Source of the DNA: Paramoeba atlantica
Taxonomy: Eukaryota; Protista; Discosea
Direction: 5' to 3'
Assembly: GCA_977017575.1 (NCBI GenBank)
Contig: CDRNVI010000069.1
Span: 248,001 to 312,000, forward strand
Length of the DNA stretch: 64,000 bases
Below are positions 56,738 to 64,000 of the stretch, piece by piece; positions within the stretch are counted from its first letter, which is position 1, and the number at the start of each line of letters is the position of its first letter. The position numbers and the translations under genes are program-made. The notes under the pieces are model-generated. The model had not been told where the DNA came from. It did not search any database and saw only the letters and a program-made list of their open reading frames with translations.

Positions 56738-56896
56738 CTGTCCCCCCCGTTTAAGGGCACCTCGTTTTCCGTGAAAAGTGAGCTTAAACGCGGGGGTCTG
56801 AATCAGTACCTAAAAAAATCGCCGGAAACTCCACCTCAACTTTATGTGCGCTTAAACGGGGGTCTGACCGGGTGCGCTTAAGGGGAGGGGGGACAG
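56738..56896. mobile_element. 159-bp MITE, TA-flanked
   Basis: CTGTCCCCCC termini; internal CTTAAACG(C)GGGG repeats. Confidence 0.7.
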
Positions 56897-57172
56897 TAAT
56901 TATCTTTTTCAATCCAAATTACAGAAAGTATTAACTGCTCAAAAGTATTGCAATGTGTGTTTTTGTCCTTTCTATAAAAAGTGGGCACCGCCCCCCCCAT
57001 CCCCCGGAAACTACCTATCCTAAAACATACAACTCTGTGAGAGCTATTCAATGCGCTATTCTTTTCCAAACTTGGACAACTTTTACGATTTTTAGATCCC
57101 CCACCTTTAGCTTCGCATCCATGTGTAGTATGATGGAAGTGTAATGGTGCTTCAGTTCAAATGGAATTCTAA

Positions 57173-57775
57173 CTAATCGTCCCCCTTTTCCTTGACAGAA
57201 TTCTCAGAAACTTGCACTTCCTCGTCTAAGAGCAGCCATACAGCTTTTAGGGCCGGTGCTTTTTTGATAATTCCAATTTCATTTTTATATCTCATGCCAC
57301 TAAAATTTCGCACGAATATGTGTTTAATATCTGTGATTCCGTACAGATTCTTTAGATAGCTTCGTATTTCGGGTCGCGACGCCTCAGGGGTAAATAGGAA
57401 CATAGGCATTTTAGTTTCCTGGTTTAGTACGGAATCAAGAACCATGGTACATTCCACATCGGGAAAATGATGAAACATATATTCGTCATAATTCGCCCAC
57501 GACTTACGAATGCCTTGAGGTACAGGCTTGGGTCCTTGGGCCAGGCGCCGTGTTATGTATCCATGTACTCCGGGAATGGGATTCGTGATAATTTGGCGCT
57601 GAGTATAATCTTTGTTCTCGGGAGGTTCTGGAAAAGGGTTGGGATCCGGGGGCCTTGTTCGCTGGAATCGATAAATATGACTCTCATTTCGATACACATT
57701 CGATTTATTGTAGCGATTTTGCAGATACCCATTCACTGGTAAATAAAATCGGCACGCTACAGACGTAGGACGCAT
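57173..57775 (-). CDS. MRPL23: Mitochondrial ribosomal protein uL23m
   Basis: FLFTPEASRPEIRSYLKNLYGI...HIFVRNFSG...KAVWLLL. Confidence 0.8.
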   Translation of the reverse strand: MRPTSVACRFYLPVNGYLQNRYNKSNVYRNESHIYRFQRTRPPDPNPFPEPPENKDYTQRQIITNPIPGVHGYITRRLAQGPKPVPQGIRKSWANYDEYMFHHFPDVECTMVLDSVLNQETKMPMFLFTPEASRPEIRSYLKNLYGITDIKHIFVRNFSGMRYKNEIGIIKKAPALKAVWLLLDEEVQVSENSVKEKGDD

Positions 57776-58184
57776 TAAGTGTGTAAATTTTACATTAAAA
57801 AAACATAGGTTACTCTAGGCGCTCTATTTCAGCCCACTCTATTTCAGCCCTCTTAATGTGGCTAATATCCCAGAGAAAGAGGAGAACTGGTTTTCAATGT
57901 CATTGTCCAAAACATCAAATTGATATTCTATTTTCTTGTACAACCATTCTGTTTGAATTTGATCGTGAACGACGCTAGCAAACATTTAAAGCGCACCACG
58001 CTTTTATCAAAGACCATCTCAATCTTAGCTGTAGATGTGCTCAATCTTAGTTGTAGATGAAGTAACTGTTGCAATAGTAGACGTCAATAGTTGACGTCTG
58101 TAAATCGCCATAATCCATGAAGTTTATAAATTCCAATTGAACCAATGTATCGTAAATTGACTTTGACATTCAAAGCAATGTATT

Positions 58185-58385
58185 TTACGCAAAAGGCGAT
58201 CTTGTTCGCATGTTGTGAAAGATCTGAAGCACTGCCGACCCTAGAACAACAAATAGAAGCACGGCTAGCACCGCTGGGCCAACGGCGTTCTTCTTGGTTA
58301 TACCAGCTTCTTTTTTGGATTGAGTACGTCCGATGTGACCATGATGCTGCGCCGCTCGTCTTCTAAGCACTACAGGCTGGCCCAT
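58185..58385 (-). CDS. RAMP4: RAMP4/SERP1 stress-associated ER protein
   Basis: 66 aa; AVGPAVLAVLLFVVLGSAVLQIF matches the RAMP4 [21 protein letters not shown] anchor. Confidence 0.8.
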   Translation of the reverse strand: MGQPVVLRRRAAQHHGHIGRTQSKKEAGITKKNAVGPAVLAVLLFVVLGSAVLQIFHNMRTRSPFA

Positions 58386-58974
58386 AAACTTTAACTGTAA
58401 CTAAAGATTTTTAAAAATCTACTCGAGATAATTAGTAGTGATGTTTGCGCTCTTTCAATAAAGAAATATAGTTAAGAATAGGAAACATATTTTCTTGTAT
58501 CATGAGGTGCGTGACCCTTTTTTCTTTAAGACATACAATATTTAAAACGATTAATAGATTAAAAGAAGATAAATGGAAATACAATGTAATTTAAGCCCTA
58601 TTGCCGCCTGCCCTCCACTGCAAATACTTCTATCTTTTGTTAGCTAATATACATAATTCTATTATCCTTAATATTTTAAGTATTTTGATGTTTTCTAAAA
58701 TAATTAACATTTTTTCAACATCATAAAATAATAAAAATACGAATCTATCGATCAATTATCGCCCGTTGATTGCTTATTAGACATCTTCCTTCTTTGCACA
58801 GAATACGAAAAGGTAATTTAGATATACATGTGAAATTTTGGGAGTCTTTATTTAATATTTAAAAATATTTTACTGAATTACGTGTAATATTTACCCCCAA
58901 AGAAAATTTATCACCCAAAGAAACAAAAAACCTCAAAATAATAATTCTTAATCCAAATTACATACCGCAATTTA

Positions 58975-59586
58975 TTAATTATCCTTCACGCATTCTATCT
59001 GCGTATCAACGAGACACACCTCACACGGATTCCCATCCACAACAGGTAACAATGATGAGCGACTCACTCCTTGCAACTTCACATTTTTTCCGAGGTTCAA
59101 CTCGGACAGATTCGTTGGCAGCTTATCCATGTTGGTGAAGCCCTCCAGATCATTGTCATCGACCTCAAAGCACTCCATAGTATCGGGCAATCCCTCCAAG
59201 TCGAGCTCACCTGTAAATTTATTTGAGGACAAGGTAACCTCCGTCATTGCACGAGGTAAATCTTTGACTGCAATGCCTCCAGACAATTCATTTCCTGGGA
59301 AGCGCAAGTTTATTATCGTATCGGGCAAGTGTGCCCAGGATAGTTCACCGCGGAGGGGTTCGTTGAGTGCGTGCCACCCTACATATTCGAATTCTGTTGG
59401 ATTCTTTTCCTCGTCGCAAGTCACACCATACCATTCACAAAGAGGTGTAGTTGCATTCCACGTGGGATGTGGATTCTCAATGTCTTTTATAAACAAGGCT
59501 AATCCGTATTCTTGAGGTAGTGCCGCTTTCACTTTGCCGAGCCGCGTGGATTCCGATTCAGCGTCCGCTGTGTGGAGAGAAAGCAT
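58975..59586 (-). CDS. LRR family protein
   Basis: TRLGKVKAALPQEYGLALF, PLCEWYGVTC cap, LRRs. Confidence 0.88.
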   Translation of the reverse strand: MLSLHTADAESESTRLGKVKAALPQEYGLALFIKDIENPHPTWNATTPLCEWYGVTCDEEKNPTEFEYVGWHALNEPLRGELSWAHLPDTIINLRFPGNELSGGIAVKDLPRAMTEVTLSSNKFTGELDLEGLPDTMECFEVDDNDLEGFTNMDKLPTNLSELNLGKNVKLQGVSRSSLLPVVDGNPCEVCLVDTQIECVKDN

Positions 59587-59643
59587 TTTTTGAAAAGTAA
59601 TATTTTAAATATTATTTTTCAAAAAAATGCCTTCGTATACATA

Positions 59644-59790
59644 TACATGTCGTACGACGTTCGTCTGTCAACATCTCATGTTGACAGATGTTGTACATGT
59701 GACTGAATAGATGTATGACATACATCTATTCAGTCACATGTACATCTCCGTTCGTCAGAACGAAACGTATGACGTTTCGTATGACATGTA
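59644..59790. repeat. Nested palindrome cluster
   Basis: Outer 14-bp inverted repeat enclosing perfect 11-, 26- and 9-bp stems. Confidence 0.85.
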
Positions 59791-61458
59791 CATCTGTTCT
59801 ATACATGAGTCCAAATAATTTTGACTATTTTGTGGCTGCCTTTCGTAGATATACACGAGTGCAAACAGTACACAATACAGTAGAAACGTCGTAAACAATC
59901 CGATACGTACTCTATCCAGTATACAATTATCCAGTACGTGCAGTACAACAAAGAACTGCAACAAGAAATTAGGATGCAAATCTCACTTTCGCCATTTTTA
60001 TCATTCTTGGGAAGAACGGGCTGTTGAAAACATGAAAGGTTTGGTCCTGCAGTACCACAACAAGTCAGATACTACACGACGAAGTTAGTGAAATGGCCAT
60101 CAAACTGAACAAACGGCCACTAAGGTGTTTAAAATAAGTTTCACCAAAGAGCTTGGAAGACAAAATTTTACTATAAAGAGATGCAACATAAAAGCAACGA
60201 AGTTGTAAAGCAGTAAAGGCAAAACAATTGAGTTGTAAGATTGAGTCCCAAGTTTGAATGAACACAGGAAAGACTCGATTATTATTAGGTTTCCAGCACG
60301 AGCTGAATAGTGATATTTTTCCCAACTCATGGATTCTTGCGGTGCTCCTTTTTAATAATCATTTCTTTTTAGTGAAACTCTGAAACTATCTACAAGTATT
60401 TAAAATTTTTGGTAGGTACGAGGATCTCCAATTGCTCGTCACGATTTTCTGCACTGCCTTCTAAAACTATTCTGTCTTCTTATTGCCCAGCGAACAGAAG
60501 ATGTTCGATGCGCTTCAGTCATGCAGCAGGAATCTATGCTAAATGAATGTGGAATGCACGTAGTGAATAGCTTATATTCACTCTTGTTCTCCACTCTTGT
60601 TCCACATTTAGTCGGGTCGATAATTTTCTGACGCGAAAGAATCTTTCGAAGTCATGGTCGACGTGTGGACGAAGAATTTCTTCCTAAAAAACGAAGTGTT
60701 AACGCAGAAACCTAGGAGAGCTTCATGAAACTGATTCAGATTGTGATTATCCTCTAGATCTTTAGAGATATAGTAGAGGTACCGTACAACATAAAAAGTG
60801 TTCTGGTCCGTTCCTTATTGAGCCAACAGTGATCGCCTAGTGCTCCTCCCTATCATCCGAATTCTACCAAAAACACTCATAGAATGTTAAAATTAAAGGG
60901 CATCGTGTAAAAGGGTGTCCCTAGGGACAATACTGTAACCCGGACGGTCTGAATCACGACTAGATCTAATCATGAATAGACAGAGAAAGGAGATACAGAG
61001 GACAAAAAAAATAAGATGACAAAAAATGAAGATGATATAAAAAATACCTTCGTCCTGCACTTTCATCCAACACTTTTAACTCGTACATTCAATAAGCCAA
61101 TTTTTTCAGTTTGTGCGTAAGTGGCGCAAAGGTCCCACATTAAACATATCAAACGGAGAGTACGATTAACCACTCGCATTAGGCGATCATCTCAATCATG
61201 CATGTCGTCAACTGACTATAATTTTCGTATTTCGAGTATCCACAGAAAGTATATGTAAAGTCTGAGGCATAAGACTTTTCTTCAGCTCACCTCGGAGATT
61301 TTCATTATGATCCAACATCAGACTTCGCAAACCTGAAGGTAATGTGTCCAACTGTACCCAGCCTTCAAATTGATTTTTATGAAGCATCAGATTATAGAGA
61401 GTTGGTGGGAGACCACGTAGATCCGGAGTTCCCGCAAAGGCATTGCAGCCGATGGTTA

Positions 61459-62071
61459 TGATCATACGCTCGTGGCGCAGAGATACGTCTCTCTGTGTGA
61501 CGGCCGATACCATCGGCGCATGACCCGCATACGACGGGTGTCACACAGAGAGTGGAGTGCGAGGTAGGAGACGAGACGCCCATCGGTCATGCTACAGCAC
61601 GTATAGCCATGGTTCATGCTGCAACACGGTCAAGCCGTGGGTTCATGCTGTCAGATGGTCTATCGTGGATCATGATGCATCATGGGGAGGTCCGTTACCG
61701 CCGCACTCGCTACAGCATGTAGGGAGAGAGGCGTGCAAGTTCGCATCCCCTATACACGCATACAACGTGTCCTCCCGCTGTAGCACGCCCAGTGGTCCTC
61801 AAGGGAGGCCACCATGGCGCATAGCTCCCGGGAGAAGAAAGCACGAGAAGGAGAGAGCCGGGGAGGGAAGAAAGCTCACTCGAAGAGAGCGAGCCGGGGA
61901 GGGGTGAAGAGTGCGAAGTGCGTCCCCTACTTCCGCGACAAAGAGGGACAGTTTCAGCTAGCCGTCAGCCGGAAACGGGCATTTAAAAGTAAGAATACGC
62001 CCGTTTCCGGGAAAAGAAAGGAAGGGCTAGCAAAATGTACCAACAAGGTACAGAAACTGTATCTTTATGCG
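61459..62071 (-). mobile_element. SL-RNA-headed inserted unit B (~610 bp)
   Basis: Starts CGCATAAAGATACAGTTTCTGTACCTTGTTG|GTAC (SL-like exon 62041-62071, donor GT at 62040-62039); shares a structured 5' part and a structured 3' end with unit A. Confidence 0.85.
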
Positions 62072-62135
62072 AGCGTCACGAGCTCTGGAGGAAGATGACT
62101 TAAATCAGCGATTCCCGATAGTTTATTCGCCGTTA

Positions 62136-62714
62136 TTTTTTGTTTATCATGCGCTCTTTGGCGCAGAGATAATCCCCTTAATGCGACGGCCGATGTCATC
62201 GGCACATAATCCGCCCACAACGGATGTCGCCAAAGGGGATTCGACGCGGACTCTGTCGGTAGAGAGGTCCAGACAACTCGCCTCTCTTTACGCAGCCGGA
62301 GGGGCGTACTGCAACCGACTCGGTCCCAGTCGGTAGAGGTGGTCCAGGCAACTCACCATCTCTTTACGCAGCCGGAGGGGCGCACTGCAACCGACCGCTG
62401 CCTCGCGATAATGCAAGGCAGAGTCACGCCCGGTGGTCCTCAAGGGAGGCCACCATGGCGCATAGCTCCCGGGAAGAGACAGGCGCGAGAAGAAGAAAGC
62501 CGGGGAGGGAAGAAAACTCACTCAAGGAGTGAGCCGGGGAGGGGTGAAAAGTCGGAAGTACGTCCCCTACTTCCACGACAAAGAGGGACAGTTTCCGCTA
62601 GCCGTCAGCCGGAAACGGGCATTTAAAAGGAAAATGTATGCCCGTTTCCGGGAAAAGAAAGGAAGGGCTAGCAAAATGTACCAACAAGGTACAGAAACTG
62701 TATCTTTATCGTTA
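62136..62714 (-). mobile_element. SL-RNA-headed inserted unit A (~575 bp)
   Basis: Starts TAACGATAAAGATACAGTTTCTGTACCTTGTTG|GTAC (exon-like 62682-62714); ends GATAAAC-A6 followed by a second TAACG (62131-62135). Confidence 0.85.
62545..62714 (-). ncRNA. Spliced-leader RNA-like sequence (5'-truncated exon plus intron-like stems); equivalent in unit B at ~61900-62071
   Basis: GATACAGTTTCTGTAC is identical to the kinetoplastid SL core and is followed by TTG|GT. Then come a large stem (GCTAGCC..GGCTAGC enclosing a 14-bp hairpin), single-stranded GAAACU, a GTCCC..GGGAC stem and a T-run. Confidence 0.7.
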
Positions 62715-63620
62715 CAGGTGAAGCAAAGTTTTCGGTAAACAGGTGAAATCGATTGACCCAGTGAAAATATTATGAGCGAAGTTAGCGTCCATGGTTTGTG
62801 GCGGTAATTCATTGAGAGACAACTCCCCAGTAAGCTGATTATTGGAAACAAGAATTTGGAGCACTGAGCATGGGAGATATTTCAAAACAATAATGCCGTT
62901 TAGAGCACACTTTCCCCAACGCAACTGCGACACATTATCTCCCTTGTCACATATCACATGATTCCATTCACATGCTGGCGTGTTGGTATTCCAAGAGGGA
63001 TCGGTATTGCTGACGTCTTTAATAAAGTTTGCAAGTTCGTATTCTGGTGGGACGTTGGCACCACGAATCCGACCGGGACGTGACGACGGAACGTCCTCTG
63101 CCATACGTATAATATACATGTATGAAGGAAAACTGTGATACATAGCGCAATCGGAATAATACGTTTAGGGGAACAGAGAATCAAAGAAAAACGTAAATAG
63201 ACTCATGTATTTGGTGAAATAACGTGAATGAAATTTACCATCAAAAATATTTGCAAAACGAGCTCCTCAATTCGGAAAAGAATATAGGAATTTCCTGTAC
63301 TGAGTGATATAAAATTTTCAAAAAAGAAATGTGTCTTGCGGAGCGCAATGACTCCAATGATGGAGTTTTCAGATCCCTCAACCGATACCGTTCACATGCT
63401 ATCTTTCATTTACATGATGTTGCTTTGATAATCGAATGGAGATTGAGCATCTCCAATGTACCGCATTTATGTGAGACGTTTTTACAATGAATCCGACCAG
63501 CACGTGTTGTGTTCATTTAAGCAATGCCCTCAGCTGCCCAGAAAATGAAGTATCTTACTATAGGGAACATCTAATGCTAATTCGAATAATATTATAAATT
63601 ATTATGTGACAGGGCAATGG

Positions 63621-64000
63621 CTATTCCAAACATTGGTTCACCACTCGAATTAGGTTCGGGTTCTCCAAGGCAGCAGCCACGCGTTCCATATCATTCAGTT
63701 GCTTGTTGACGCTAGTCTCCTGGTAGTGCGATCCAGGCGTCACCTCCACTCTCACATGAAACGACTTTGGCAGCGTACGCATTAATTTCACACGAATACA
63801 CAACCCGATGAGTGTACTCATACCACAGTGGGGTACAGTTGGGGTGAAGCGCACACGAAGACTTGTGTAGCGAGGCGGGATGGTTCTGTTCTGTAACTTT
63901 GCTAACTCCTCCGGGGAGGTAAGTGTAACACTGCCAAGCTCCAATACGCGCAACTCTTCTAGAGAATTTGGATGCTCAGGGTCCTTGATATCTTTTATTA
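63621..64000 (-). CDS. CIA2: CIA2/MIP18 (FAM96B) Fe-S assembly protein, 5' end outside the window
   Basis: [53 protein letters not shown]; frame is open to the window end. Confidence 0.93.
   Translation of the reverse strand, partial: IKDIKDPEHPNSLEELRVLELGSVTLTSPEELAKLQNRTIPPRYTSLRVRFTPTVPHCGMSTLIGLCIRVKLMRTLPKSFHVRVEVTPGSHYQETSVNKQLNDMERVAAALENPNLIRVVNQCLE

Larger units (their letters stand above)
61208..63143 (-). pseudogene. LRR family gene split into three pieces by two insertions
   Basis: Pieces 62712-63143 (to LPKTLLHL), 62072-62135 (TANKLSGIADLSHLPPELVTL) and 61208-61458 (TIGCNAFAG...) are colinear with paralog 49058-49798. Confidence 0.92.

Noticed and set aside
61459-62714. Group I/II intron interpretation of the insertions
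   Set aside because: No P7 core or domain V motif was seen, removal does not cleanly restore the frame at site A, and the SL core explains the 5' end.

Overview
Compact, apparently intron-free eukaryotic DNA. All ~33 recognisable host genes lie on the minus strand, and those inspected have a polypyrimidine tract plus AG just upstream. This is a kinetoplastid-type polycistronic cluster; a Perkinsela-like prokinetoplastid is my inference, not proven. Genes include Rab-GDI, NTH1, RPN11, V-ATPase F, sideroflexin, PEX22, mitochondrial FUT1 (GT11), uL23m, RAMP4, CIA2/MIP18, a CDK-like kinase, a YjjX-type NTPase and eight members of an LRR family. Intergenic DNA is crowded with class II elements: an intact Merlin/ISXO2 element, Tc1 and pogo remnants, an IS30-like remnant and many TA-flanked MITE families. 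There is also an RLE non-LTR retrotransposon fragment. Top observations: (1) two divergent ~600-bp units headed by a spliced-leader (SL) exon and GT donor are inserted independently into one LRR gene, at sites reading or reconstructed as CTAAC, which mimics the SL 5' end; (2) five GC-rich islands about 8-11 kb apart show a C-rich to G-rich skew flip that is visible even at synonymous sites of conserved genes; (3) a bacterial IS30-type integrase fragment sits inside a TA-flanked TIR element. All assignments come from manual reading and motif recognition; no database searches were run.
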